Made by a program: the position numbers and the translations under genes. The notes below the pieces were generated by a model. It was not told the origin of the DNA and did no database searches. It saw nothing but the letters and a program-made list of their open reading frames with translations. A stretch of 64,000 nucleotides of DNA from the human T2T-CHM13v2.0 reference genome, Homo sapiens, in NCBI RefSeq assembly GCF_009914755.1, contig NC_060935.1; one strand, 5' to 3'. Of this stretch, positions 1-12,794 are shown piece after piece; positions within the stretch are counted from its first letter, which is position 1, and each line of letters begins with the position of its first letter.

Positions 1-289
1 GCTATGATGGTGATTAGGGGAGGATGATAAATAAAAAGCTGTTGAGTCAGTAAGCTGGAAATCTTTCAGATCCCTATTCAGGATTTTGCCTTTAATGTAT
101 ACAGGTAAGATTATCTTTGCCTTTATTTCATTTTGGTGACCACTCGTCTTTTGTGGGACTGCTGACAGCTGCTTTTTATGAATGCACAGTCCTAGTCGTT
201 AGGAATATGGATATTGGAGTCAGATTGATATAAGTTTAATTATAGGCACTCCTGACAACTATTACTCCAGTAAATGGAAACTTCTACTC

Positions 290-422
290 ACTAGGCTCTA
301 AATCCTATGATAAGAGGAATTACATCTCTAATGCTTACCATTGTATTAACACTATATCTCTAGCACAGTGCCTGGTATGTAGTAGGCTCTCAGTAAAACT
401 TTGTTAGTGAATGAAGGTGAAT
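290..422 (+). mobile_element. L2 3' end fragment
   Basis: ctagcacagtgcctggtatgtagtaggctctcagtaaaac...tgaatgaa is the L2 terminus pattern. Confidence 0.7.
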
Positions 423-999
423 GCTTGCTGTGTTTAGGGCTATCACAGCAATCATTGAGAATAAAAATCTTGAGTAGATGATATTTGTTCCACCCTGGGT
501 TACCTCCAGCCTCAACTTTTGGTATTTATTTTTATGTAACTCATATTGGCATAATTACTCCAACTTTTGTGCTATTGATAAGGTGCAAAAGCATTAGACC
601 AGTTGTTATAAGGCTGGAGTGAAATTACTTATAGACAAATCTCTAAAGATTAAAGAGCTGTGAAGGTAAGTATATAGATACATAGAGATACAAGTAAGAA
701 TTTCATTTTTCTGACTAGAAGCTACAGCGGTAATATCTTTAGAGTCCAGTAGATGGCAATACTTTCTCACTTTAATGGAAAAAATTAGAGCAGGCATAGA
801 ATCCAAGTCAAAAGGAGCAAATCTTTGTGGATGAAAGAAACCCAAGATATTGAAATAGCAATTTGGTGATGAATTTCACAAAAATAACCATATAACTTGA
901 TCGTCTCGAGTACATAGGCTGAGATTGAAGATTTAGGTATAAAAAGTTTCAGGATCTGTTTTGAAAGCCTGAACAAATGAAAACTCCTTATTTTATATT

Positions 1000-1230
1000 T
1001 TTCAATTTGTTCTGGTACTGTGTTGCTTAGCAAATCACTTAACTTCTCTCAGTTTTAGGTTCCTCATCTCAAAAGTAAGAAAATCCTAATTAGCTGGATA
1101 ACACCGCAGGGAATATTAGTTATCTAGCCCAACACTCTTATTTTGTAGATGGAAAAACTGACGTTCAGGGGGCTCATGATTTATTGAACTTGACATGGCA
1201 AGTTAGCTCTATGCTACAGATGATAACTTA
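1000..1230. mobile_element. MIR fragments (both orientations)
   Basis: caaatcacttaacttctctcagtttt...cctcatct and attttgtagatggaaaaactga MIR core motifs. Confidence 0.6.
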
Positions 1231-1250
1231 GACATAGCTATAATTTATTT

Positions 1251-1545
1251 TATTTATTATTATTATTTTTGAGATGGCATCTCATTCTGTCACCCAGGCT
1301 GGAGTGCAGTGGCATGATCTCGGCTCACTGCAACCTCTGCCTCCCAGGTTCAATCGGTTACCTGCTTCAGCCTCCCGAGTAGCTGGGATTATAGGCATCC
1401 GCCACCACACCCAGCTAATTTTTGTATTTTTAGTAGAGATGGGGTTTCACCATGTTGTCCAGGCTGGTCTCGAACTCCTGACCTCAAGTGATCTGCCCAC
1501 CTCGGCTTCCCAAAGTGCTGGGATTACAGGCATGAGCTACCAGCT
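1251..1545 (-). mobile_element. AluS
   Basis: Antisense dimer; TSD GCTATAATTTATTT at 1237-1250 and 1546-1559. Confidence 0.95.
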
Positions 1546-1600
1546 GCTATAATTTATTTATCTCTATATATCTATATACTTACCTTCATAGCTCTTTAAT

Positions 1601-1897
1601 TTTTTTTTTTTTTTTTTTGGACAAGTCTCGTTCTGTCACCCAGGCTGGAGTGCAGTGGCGCGATCTCGGCTCACTGCAAGCTCCGCCTCCTGGGTTCAAG
1701 CAATTCTCTCTCTCAGCCTCCCGAGTGGCTGGGATTACAGGGGCCTGCCACCACGCCCGGCTAATTTTTTTGTGTTTTTAGTAGAGATGGGGTTTCAGCA
1801 TCTTGTCCAGGCTGGTCTTGAACTCCTGACCTCGTGATCCACCCGCCTCGGCCTCCCAAAGTGCTGGGATTACAGGCGTGAGCCACTGCGCCTGGCC
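1601..1897 (-). mobile_element. AluS (Sc/Sg-like)
   Basis: Antisense dimer; TSD CATAGCTCTTTAAT at 1587-1600 and 1898-1911. Confidence 0.95.
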
Positions 1898-3109
1898 CAT
1901 AGCTCTTTAATCTTTAGAGTTTTGTCTGTAATTCATTTATTCCAGCCTTATAACAACCTTAGAGGAAGGTAGGGCCAATTTATCATTATTTGCTTAAAAG
2001 AAATTGAGTCACAGAGGGGCAAAGTGACTTCCTTTCATTCCGTGACTTAATCATTTCTGTACAATGAATTGCCCCTTTCTCTTTGCTCCTGAAGCCCTTT
2101 TGACATACCTCTGTTAGTAGCTCTTGAGTTTATTGTAGTTTTTTGAATTGTCTATCTCTCTCTCTTTCTAGAAGGTACAAACTGTATTTTAACTTTGTAA
2201 TACCAGGCTCAGTAGCAGGCATCTAATAGGTATATAGTAAGTACTTATGGAATAAAAATGAATGGCCAAGATGTTAGGATGAGTTGTGGCAGAACCTGGA
2301 TCAGAACACATCTCTCCCTCTTTATAGACGTGCACTTTCTTCGTTATACTACGTCACCTGTGAAGAGGTGATGTGATAGAAGATTTTCATCATTTAATTT
2401 TTGTTTGAGGTTTCTTCCATCATTTAATTTCACTGTGATTATATACTGTTAGCGACATCTCCTTTAACTTATAGCGTCTTAGGGGGGCAAGTAGTAGTAT
2501 TTTCATTTTCAGGATGAAGATGCTGAAACCCAGAGAAGTTAAGAGATTTCCATGTAGTTAACTTTGTAGAACTGAGAAATTAAATAGGTGGTTATTTCCT
2601 CTTGCTAGTCATACTAATGGATACTAACTTGTTTCCAAAGCACGTCCCAAACAGTACGCAAGCAGAACATCATTCAGAAGTAGGGATTAACTGTCCCAAG
2701 TAAAGCCAATATTTTAATAACAAAGAGCTGGATATGGTGTATTTCTGCCCAGGTCTTTTAGTACATTATCAAGGAAAAGTTGGAAAAAAAATCATTTAAA
2801 AAGTCCATTCCTATGCATATTCTGTTTGGTTTTCCTTTCCCCTGCCTTACAAAATAGAACAAAGAAAGACTGGGAAAATCCTCAGGGACTGTTTATAATA
2901 GCTGCTTGCTTTATTATAAAGCATCTAGAGATCTGAACCCAGATTAAATCCAGGGTAAAATTTTATTTCTGAACTATTTGAGCTGGTGTGATTGTGTACT
3001 AACAGTATTATACTAGGTAAGTATAGAGCTTTTATTTATTTTATTTTTAAATATTTCTTCCATTTCTCTTCTCAGGAATACAGAGCTTTAAAAAAACTAC
3101 CATTGCCAG

Positions 3110-3345
3110 TTTTCATTTACTGAGTGCCTGCTATGAGACACTATGTCAGAAAGGTTATGTATTTTTATTTAATTTGTGTATAACAGCCCCATGAGGTAGT
3201 TCTCCTGCTTTTATGAGTGAAGTACCTTAGAAGAAGGCATTAAACTACTGCCCCAAGCAAGATGGCATAGGTGGTGAATAGCAGATCCATGATTCGAGCC
3301 CAGGTCTCATTCATTTGAAGGCTTGTTTTCTTAACCGCTATGCTG
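3110..3345 (-). mobile_element. MIR
   Basis: catttactgagtgcctgctatg...aacagccccatgaggtag...gattcgagcccaggtct. Confidence 0.7.
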
Positions 3346-5129
3346 TATGACATCTCCACATTTCTTCCCACTTCATATAGTGTGACAGCGTACCAAGTCT
3401 CTGCCTTCACATTAACCAGCACAAAGCATAACTAGTTGTGCATTGTGGGAATCAAATGAGAGAGAACACGTGCAAACACTTTGAACAGTATCAAAGTGCT
3501 TTATTCTACAGACTTTGTGCATTTATTATTGTAGAGTGGGCATGCAATGCCCATGAGACCATCAACCCACTGAAGTCCACAAAAGTTCCACACATTAGTC
3601 ACTGTATTTGGCTTCCCTCTGAGTCTTTTTTCCCCCTTTTCTCTTGGATTGAATTAGCTTTTGACAGGTGTTTGGAAAATCATCTTATCCTGTAATTCAT
3701 ATTTATAAACCCTGCTGCTGCAGTGTGGTCCCCATTCTCTCTCTTCATTGAAGCCAGAGAATAATCTGGGAAAATGCCACGTTTCCTGTTATGAATTTGG
3801 AGGATCTTGTCTTCTTAGCACAATTTTTGAGCTTTTGAGAACTTTTAATACTGTAAAATTCAAAGCCAAGTATGGTTCTTTATATAGATGTTTTAGATTC
3901 TTGAGAAGTAAACAGAAACAGAGTTCGACTTGTTCTCACCAGGGGATTCAGAGAGTTTAAAATTTTGTTTTGTTTAATATTTTGAAAACTTGTTTTCACC
4001 ATTCTTTTTTAGATTTGTATAGAGGGCATTTTTGAGCCTCCTCACCCCATCCTGTAAGTTAATTTCTGTTTCAACTGTTGTACAAAGCTGGGAATCTTCC
4101 CTCATTCTCTTTTTTTCTCTCTCCACGAATGCTAGTTAACATGCTGTCACTGTTGCCTTCTCTTCTTTCTCTCTGCTTTCACCGTTATAGTAATTTGGCC
4201 ATACATCCTTTCTTCCTATTAGGGTGTATGCTCCTTTAGGGCTGAGGTTATGCCTTACTCAGCTTTAAAGTCTCAGACTTTGCTTACTGAATATTTTTCC
4301 ATGAGTGAATGAAGTCTACTAGGATCACGTTGTTCCCATCTCTGTTTTAAGGTAGACTTTTTGCTTAAGGGACGGCTACTTCAGCAGGGTTACTTTCAGT
4401 CCTCATGTCATGGAGTAGCATTGAAGGCACTTAGTCCACTTCATACTTGGAGTGTGTGCCTGTGATTGTGATTATTTTCTGAGAATATTTGAAGTATGAA
4501 CAAAAACATCTTCATCTCTGTTGATTTAAATTTAAAATAATTAATTTTAATTTCAGGATCTGTATATCTTTGCTTAATGACACTATTCTTATTTCTCAGT
4601 GCTTCTCACTGTTTTAAAGGAGAGGAAAAACATCCTCTGTTGTCTCAAACACTGGGCCAAATCTGAGGGGATGTACTCATTCAGCTCAGGTTAATTGTCT
4701 AAGAAGAGGTCTCACCTTTCCTCCTTAACTACTCAGTATCTGGGCTTCGTCAGATCTCAGAGCCAGGGGTGTCTAAGGCTTGATGATGCTTAACAGAGAT
4801 ACGTACACAGTTTTATTCGGCTTAAACTTGGCTGATGCCTAGAAGTGTTATTAATGTCCAAATGAACATATACACCTAGGAACACAGGCTGTCTACTGAT
4901 TCATTAGGTAGCTGTAGTCATACAAACAAACACTGTATTTTTAAAAAAGTATACTCATTGCATCTGAAAATGTGCTCAAGTAGTAGGATGAGCCATTGTT
5001 TTTTTTTCCCTTGCCCATCAAGATTTCTTATTTTACCTAGGTTAAGTAGAAGACGACTATTTTCAAAGCTCACTTATGGTTTTATGAATAAATATAGAAC
5101 ACTGGCAAGTCCTGCTGGGGAGAGATTTC

Positions 5130-5865
5130 CTCCCAGATAAACACCTCCAGTCTAGATTTCCATGTATCTAAACATGTGTCAAATTTGCCTGGATGTTTCA
5201 GAGATACATATGCTCTCCATAGCCCAAACTGAGCTCAGTTCCCTTCCCCTCTCACAACACTTCCTCCTGCTGTGTTTCTTAGTGAAGTGAATGGTACCAC
5301 AATCCATCTACTTTCTCAAGTCAGAACATAGAGTTGTCCTGAGTCCCTTCTTCTGTGTTTCCATCACTACTGATGGTGGCTGCTACTTTTTTCCTGGTTC
5401 TTGACATTATAGTCAGATTTATTTTTCTAAAATGATCATATTCTTCCTTTATTCAAATCTTGTCAGCAGTGTTTGCCCTCAATAATTAATGACTTATGAG
5501 GTCTTGCTATTCCTTATTTCTAAACACTCCATCCTTAACACTTTCTCAGGCTAAGATTTGTTCACGTCAGTTTTAGCTAAGGCCTCATTTCTATAGGAAG
5601 GTTTTTCTGTGATATACCTCTTAAGTCCAGTGTGGATAGATCCCTTTTATATGCTTCCGTAGCACCTTGTATTACATTTCCCTCTTCACTGACCCTTATC
5701 CTATTATATTCTGATTGCCCGTTTGCTTACCTCTCTTACCTGCTACACTGTAAACTGTGTGAGGGCAAGGACAGTGTCTGTTTTCACCTGTTGATCCCTA
5801 GTGCTTAGCACTGTGTCTGGCATGTAATAATAATCCAGTACATTCTTGTCAAATGAGTGAATGAA
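5130..5865 (+). mobile_element. L2 fragment with 3' end
   Basis: Degenerate L2 motifs ending ctgtgtgagggcaaggac...ctagtgcttagcactgtgtctggcatg...aatgagtgaatgaa. Confidence 0.65.
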
Positions 5866-5935
5866 GCTTCTGTAGCAGCAGATCATTAGAAATTCTATTG
5901 GAATACACCACTTGGTTGTCATCAGTAGTATAGCT

Positions 5936-6206
5936 CAGCAGTCCCCAACCTTTTTGGCACCAGGGATCGGTTTTGTGGAAGACAAGTTTTTCCAGGGACG
6001 GGAGTGGGGACGGTTTCAGGATGAAACTGTTCCACCTCAGATGATCAGGCATTAGTTAGATTTTCATAAGGAACGCACAACCTAGATCCCTTGCATGTAT
6101 AGTTTACAGTAGGGTTCGAGCTCCCATGAAAATCTAATGCCCACGCTGATCTGACAGGAGGGGGAGCTCAGGTGGTGATGCTTGCCCTGGGGGTTGGGAA
6201 CCCCTG
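5936..6206 (+). mobile_element. MER1B-type hAT-Charlie MITE
   Basis: TIRs cagcagtccccaacc / ggttgggaacccctg; 8-bp TSD GTATAGCT (5928-5935) and ATATAGCT (6207-6214). Confidence 0.9.
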
Positions 6207-6239
6207 ATATAGCTTGTTACTCAAAATTGTAATTCTCTG

Positions 6240-7550
6240 TCTTAGTGGTTTCTGACATTTCTGCATAGATGCCTGCCAAATTATTATACTTTAAATGGAG
6301 CTCTTCATTTTTTCTCTCCAAGGTTGCTTTCTCTTCCAGTTTTCCATGTCTTTATTAACTATTTTTTCATTTATCCTGGCCTCAAATTTTATAGTTAAGT
6401 GTTGATTTTTTTTAATTTTATCCATTCTATTCAGTCAGCCACTAGACTCTTTTGAGTTCTTCTTTGAAGTAGTTCTGGTATCTGTGGCTACTTTTCCCTC
6501 TCCATTGACATAATCCAAGCTCAGATCAACATTCCCAAAGGGCTGGGTCACTGCAGTAGTTTCCTGGCGGACCTATAGACTCTAGTCTCTTTGTATCCAC
6601 TCTGTCTTACTGCTGCCTGATTAATCTTGCTAAAGGATGCTTTCGTTTTTTATTCCTTTGCTTAAAGATTGTATGGAGTAAATTCTTATTGTCTGCTAGA
6701 TGTGTCCAACTCTCTGGTCTGATTGCTTTCTCTCCATCAGCCCAAATTCAGTCAGTTGTATAGTACTTTGGGTTCTGTCTCCGCTTTTTATCTCTCTTCT
6801 TCCTTCTCCTCCTCCTCCCCACCTTCCTCCTCCTCCTCTCTCTTTTTCTGTTTCTGTTGTTTTTTATTACCATTGCCACTGATGGATTTTGAACCCTCAT
6901 TATGTCTAATATGTATGGATTTTTATAGTAGCCTCCTATCGGGTAGTTGGACAGTCTTCCTCCAATTTATGAGGTTTGTTAATACCAGAGTAACCTTCCT
7001 TAAATGTAGCTCTGATTATAACCCTAAACTGTTAGAAACCTTCCATGAGTTCTTACTGCCCATAGGTTGTCTTTACATTTTAGCATGGTATTCAAGACTT
7101 GCTGTGTTCTGGCCCTCCTTACTTACTTATTCAGCTGTATCTCCCACTACTTCCCTCTCCAGGGATCCAAATAATTTCCACGTCACTGAAGCTAAACGAA
7201 TTGGACTACTATTTAATTTTCTCTGAATGCAGCTTGTGTTTTCCTGCTGTCATGCTTTGGCTAAAGGTGTTCAGTCTGTGTGGGACTTTCCTTCACTGCC
7301 ATTCAGCTTTTCAGTACTACTTAATCCATCCCAAATACTGCCACCCCTGCAGTCTTTGATGTTCCTGCTCTACCAGATGGAATCTTTACTGCAGCAGAAC
7401 TCCTGTAGCTTTTTAAAAAGCCTTTCTTATGGCACTCTTGCATTATTTGATTCACTTGGAACCTTCACTGGGTTGTGTTCTCTATGAGGACAGTAGTAAT
7501 AATTGCCTAACACCATCTATGTACTCGGTGTTCAGTAAACACTGAAAGGA
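6240..7550 (+). mobile_element. Degenerate L2 fragments with a (CCT)n-rich tract at about 6795-6840
   Basis: Pyrimidine-rich L2-like motifs; 3' end-like sequence near 7500-7550. Confidence 0.55.
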
Positions 7551-7726
7551 ATAAGTATATGTATAATGCTATTTGCTTCCTAATCAGTTATCCTACTAAC
7601 TGCGTTATTTCTGTATACATTTTGTAGTTTTAATGAAGTTAAGGACAGTCTTGTGTTGTTGCAGCTAAAAACTCTCAAAATATATAGTAACATGTTTTAA
7701 AACGTGACTCATCCAATGAACTAGTA

Positions 7727-7906
7727 CAGGGATAAGCAAACTGTAGTCCAGCACATATTTTTGTATAGCTTGCGACTAAGAATGATTTTACATTTTTAAA
7801 GAATTTTAAAGAAAAAATAAGACTATGTGACAGAAATGACATGTGGCCTGCAAAGCCTAAAACATTTACTATGTGGCCCTTTATGGAAAAAGTTTGCTGA
7901 CCACTC
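7727..7906 (-). mobile_element. MER58-type hAT-Charlie MITE
   Basis: cagggataagcaaac...ggccctttatggaaaaagtttgctgaccactc; flanks AACTAGTA / ATCTAGAA resemble the Charlie target. Confidence 0.8.
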
Positions 7907-8309
7907 ATCTAGAAATACACCTGACTTGCCTGGAATTACTCCTGCTCATTGGATATGTTAAATTATCTATTTCCCTGAGCAGTTTAATAGGCACTCACCC
8001 AGACTTGTTACTATTCTGTTCCTTGAAGAATTGTTAGGCCTGACTTCAGAAGAATTTTGAGTGACATGTAAATCTCTTCTGGGCTCTTTGGCACTTGGCA
8101 GTATCTCACACAGATAACCAGATACAAATGAGCCGTTTCTTTCCATTATAATCCTTCATCAGAAGTCTGTTGGGATCGAACATCTGGTGAAGTTAGATGT
8201 CATTCAGAACAAGGCTCTTAGCATATTTCAAGAATGTTAATTGCTAAGTGATGGCTGAAACAGGAGGGCTTAATAATGTCCTTAAATTGCCTTAAATGTA
8301 CATGGACTC

Positions 8310-8750
8310 AGAATTTTTAGAATTGGAAAAGGTCCTAGAGATCATCAAGTATAGCCTGGTTCTTAAGAACACGGGCTGTGGAGCCAGACTGCATGGCTCT
8401 TCTCTTTAATCCTCTTTGTGTCTCAGTTTCCACACCTTTAAAGTGGGGATATTAATAGCACCTGTTTCACAGGGGTTTGTGAGTATTAAATGTGTTAACA
8501 TTTAACATATTAACAGCTAACGTTGACATGTAAAATACAATACTGCCTGCCACACTGTAAATGCATGTAAACATTACTTTTTATATTGCTGTTATTTTTT
8601 ATTACTGTTTTTATTAGTAGTAGTTGCATCTCATTTTATAATTAAAGAAACTGAGGCCTAGGAGAGTTAAATTATTTTCCTTACTTATGCGATAGGCAGA
8701 GTAGATTAAAACCCAGGATTCTAGCTTTCAGTTGAATGTTCTTTCCCTGT
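8310..8750. mobile_element. MIR fragments
   Basis: ggagccagactgcatgg...tctcagtttcc...aagtggggat and cattttataattaaagaaactgaggcc. Confidence 0.65.
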
Positions 8751-10069
8751 TATAAAGTGTGGCTTTTAGTTGTATGTCGGTGGGTGTGGATAAATTTTTT
8801 ATAGTAAGAAAAAATATTTGGCAGCTTTTTCCGTAAAATAAGAAAAGCTAAGTAGAACATCATTAATTATTTCTCCTGAGAATCTTAAATCTACTTCTCA
8901 AGTCTTCTATTATTTGGATTTTGTTGCTGATTTATAAGACTGTCTCCTCTGTCCTTTTTCTCCTCATCTCCTCTTAAAATGTATTGATTATTTCTTAGCA
9001 TCCATTTTTTAAAATTGAAGTGAAATTAATGTAACATAAATTAACTGTTTTGAAGTGTGCAATTCAGTGGCTCTGGGTACATTCACAGTGTTGTGTACCA
9101 CCATCTCTGTCAAGTTGCAAAACATTTTCATAATCCCCAAATTAAACTTTGTACCTATGAAGTGCTCACTTTCTATTTTGCTGTCCTCCAAACCCCTGGC
9201 AAACACCAGTTTGTTTTCCATCTCTATGGATTTACCTATTTTGGGTATTTCATACAAATTGAATTATGTAGTATGTGACCTTTTGTTCTGGCTTTTTTCA
9301 CTTAGTGTAATGTTTTGGTGTTGCATCTACATGTAGGAAGGAATGTACTTCATTCCTTTTTAGGGCTGAGTAATATTCTATTGCATGTGTACACACACAG
9401 AGACACACACACACACATTTTGTTTATTCATGTCTGTTGATAGACATTTGTGTTGTTTCTCTTTTTTTGACTGTTGTGAATAGTGCTGCTGTGAACATTT
9501 GTGTACAACTGTTTGTTTGAGTCCCTGTTTTCAGTCTTTTGGGTATGTACCTAGGAGTGAAATTGCTGGGTCATATTATAATTCTATGATTACCTTTTTG
9601 AGGAACTGCTAAACTTTTTTTTTTTTACCGTGGCTGACCAATACATTCCTAATAGCAATATGTGAGGGTTCTCATTTCTCCACATCCTCACTATCTTCTG
9701 TTTGTTTGTTATGCTATTTGTATGTCTTTATTTGGAGAAATGTCTCTTGCAGTTCTTTGCCCATTTTAAAATTGAGTTGTCTTTTTGCTGTTGAATGTAT
9801 GAGTTCTTTATATCATCTGGAAATTAGACCTCTGTCAGATATACAATTTGTAAATATTTTCTCCCATTCTGTTGGGTTCTTTTTCTACTTAATTGATAGT
9901 GTCCTTTGATGCACAAAAGTTTTTGATTTTAATGAAGTATAATTTACTGATTTTTTTGTACTAATGCTTTTTATATCATATCTAAGAATAGATTGGTAAA
10001 TCCAAGGTTATATAAACCCCTGTGTTTTCTTCTAATAGTTCTATAGGTTTTTTTTAGCTTTATAGTGGG

Positions 10070-10376
10070 TTTTTTTGTTTGTTTGTTTGTTTGGAGATAG
10101 AGTCTCACTCTGTTGCCCAGGCTGGAGTGCAGTGGCGTGATCTCAGCTCACTTCAATCTCTGCCTCCTGGGTTCAAGTGATTCTCCTGCCTCCAGCCTCC
10201 CGAGTAGCTGGGATTACAAGCGCGTGCCATCATGCCTGGCTAATTTTTGTATTTTTAGGAGGTACCAGGTTTTACCATGTTAGCTAGGCTGGTCTCGAAC
10301 TCCTGACCTCAAGTGATCTGCCCACCTCAGCCTCTCAAAGTGCTGGGATTACAGGCGCGAGCCACCGTGCCTGGCC
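10070..10376 (-). mobile_element. AluS
   Basis: Antisense dimer with (GTTT)n tail; flanks AGCTTTAT. Confidence 0.95.
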
Positions 10377-11234
10377 AGCTTTATGGTTTTACAGTTAAGT
10401 CTTTGATTCATTTTGAGGTAATTTAAAAATATGGTATTAAGGACAGGTCCAACTTCATTCTTTTAAAAGTGGCTATCCAGTTTTTTTAGCACCATTTGAT
10501 GAAAAGACTTATTTCCCCATTGAGTAGTCTATGAACCTTTGCTGAAAATCAGTTGATCATAGATGCATCGATTTATTTCTGGATTCTCAGTTCTATTTTG
10601 TTGATTTATATGTCTGTCCTTATGCCAGTGCTATCCTGTTTTGACTATTGTTGCTTGGTATTAAGTTGAAATTGGGATATGCGAATCTTCTAACTTTGTT
10701 CTCTTCAATATAATTTTGGCTATTGACCCCTTGCAATTCCATATGAATTTGAGAACTGGCTTGTCCATTTCTGTAAACAAGGCTGCTGGAATTTTGATAG
10801 AGATGGCATTGAATATCTTATCTAGATTGCTTTGGGTATTGTTCCTATGTTGATAATATTAAGTCTTTATATCCGTGAACATGGGATGCCATTTTATTTA
10901 TTTTGGTCCAGTTTGGAATACACTTTATTTTTCTTGCCTAATTGTTCTGGCTAGAACTTAGAGTACAAATGTTGAGTAGAAGTGGTGAAAGCAATCACCT
11001 TGTCTTTCTTGTTTTTGATATTGGGGGAAGATTTTGAGTCTTTCACCATTGAGTATGGTGTTAGCTGTGGGTTTTTTGTAGATGCCCTTTATCAGGTCTG
11101 GGAAATTCCTTTCTATTCCTAGTTTGTGATTTTTTTTTTTTTTAAATCATGGAAAGGTGCTGAATTTTGTCAAATGCATTTTCTGCATCAACTGAGATGA
11201 CTGTGTGTGTTGTGGTGTATTACACTGATCCTTC

Positions 11235-11545
11235 CTTCCTTCTTTCTATAATTTCTCTTTTTGACAGAGTCTTGCTCTGTCACTTAGGCTGGAATGCAGT
11301 GGCACAATCATGGCTCACTGTACCCTCAAACTCCTGGGCTCAAGTGATCCTCCCACCTCAGCCTCCTGAGTAGCCGGGACTGCAGGCATGCATCACCATG
11401 CCCAGCCAATTTCTTTATTAAAACAATTTTTTTTTTTTTTAGAAATGGTGTCTCACTGTATTGTCCAGGCTGGTCTCTAACTCCTGGGCTCTAGTGATCC
11501 TCCTGCCTGTGCCTCCCAAAGTGCTGGTATTACAGGTGCCTAGCC
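11235..11545 (-). mobile_element. AluJ
   Basis: J-type diagnostics (ctcaaactcctgggctcaagtgatcctccc). Confidence 0.9.
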
Positions 11546-11619
11546 TGATTGATTTTCATGTATCGAAATTCCCTTGCATACCGTGTATGAATTTCAGCTG
11601 TTCATGGTGTATAATCTTT

Positions 11620-12172
11620 AAAAAATTTTTTTTGTGGTAAATTACAAATACACAAAATTTACTATCTTAACCATTCTAAGTATACAGTTTAGTGGCATTA
11701 GGTACATTCACACTGTTGTGCAACCATTGCCACCATCCATGTATTTCATCTTGCAAAACTTTTCACCTTACAAAACTGAAACTCTTTATTAAACAATAAT
11801 TCCTCATTCTCCCCTATCCCCTGGTCCCTGCCAGTTACCGTTCGACTTTCTGTTTCTATGATTTTGACTACTCTAGGTACCTCATATGAATGAATGAATG
11901 AATGTTTTTCCTTTGATTGGCTTATTTCACTTAATATAATGTCCTCAAGCTTCATCAATGTTTTAGCGTGTGTCAGAATTTCCTTCCTTTTTAATGGTGA
12001 ATAATATTTCCTTGTATGAATATACCATGTTTTGTTTATCCATCATCTGTCTGTGGACACTTGGGTTGCTTCCACCCCTTGGCTATTGTAAATAATGCTG
12101 CTATGAATATGGATATACAAATGGCACTTCCCATTCTTGCTTTCACTTTTTTGGGGTACATACCCAGAAATA
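11620..12172 (-). mobile_element. Nested L1MB 3' end
   Basis: Second L1MB-type 3'UTR (ttgtggtaaattacaaatacacaaaatttactatcttaacc...) inside the older L1 ORF2, which resumes at about 12190. Confidence 0.8.
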
Positions 12173-12794
12173 GTTGCCAGGTTGTGGGCTGTAATTCTTT
12201 TAATATGCCACTAGATCACTTTTAGTAGTATTTTGTTGAAGATTTTTATATCTGTATTCATAAAGGATATTGGTCTATAGTTTTCTTGTGACATTTTGTC
12301 TGGCTTTGGTATCAGGATAGTATTGGTCTCATAGAATAACTTAAGAAGTATTTCCTTGCTTTTATGTTTTTTGAAGACTTTGAGAAGGATTGGCATTAAA
12401 TAATTGGTCAAATTCACCAGTCAAATAATCTGGTTCTGGGCTTTTTTTTTTTTTTTTTTTTTTTTTTTGTGGGAGTTTTGTGATTACAAATTCTATCTAC
12501 CTCTTTATCTGTTATAGGTCTGTTCAGATTTTCTGTTTCTTCTTGAGTCATTTTTGGTAGTTTCTGTTTCTTCTTGAGTCATTTTGGTAGAGTCATTTTG
12601 GTAGTTTGGTAGTTTATATCATTTTGTCTACATTATCTGATTTGCTGGAATACAATTAATTGTTCACTGTATTCTTTTATAAGCCTTCTTATTTCTGTAA
12701 GATTGGTAATAACGTTCCCACTTCTTTCCTGATTTTAGTGATTTGAGTCTTCTTTCCTTTCCCTTTGGTTAGTTTACCTTAAGATTTGTCAATG

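Noticed and set aside
70-110. CAG|GTAAGA donor at 104/105 with a possible 35-nt micro-exon
   Set aside because: The acceptor context is weak and upstream sequence is outside the window; lone donor motifs are common.
6723-7226. Longest ORF (167 aa)
   Set aside because: Non-ATG start, lies in L2 and (CCT)n sequence, Ser/Leu/Phe-biased with no recognisable domain.
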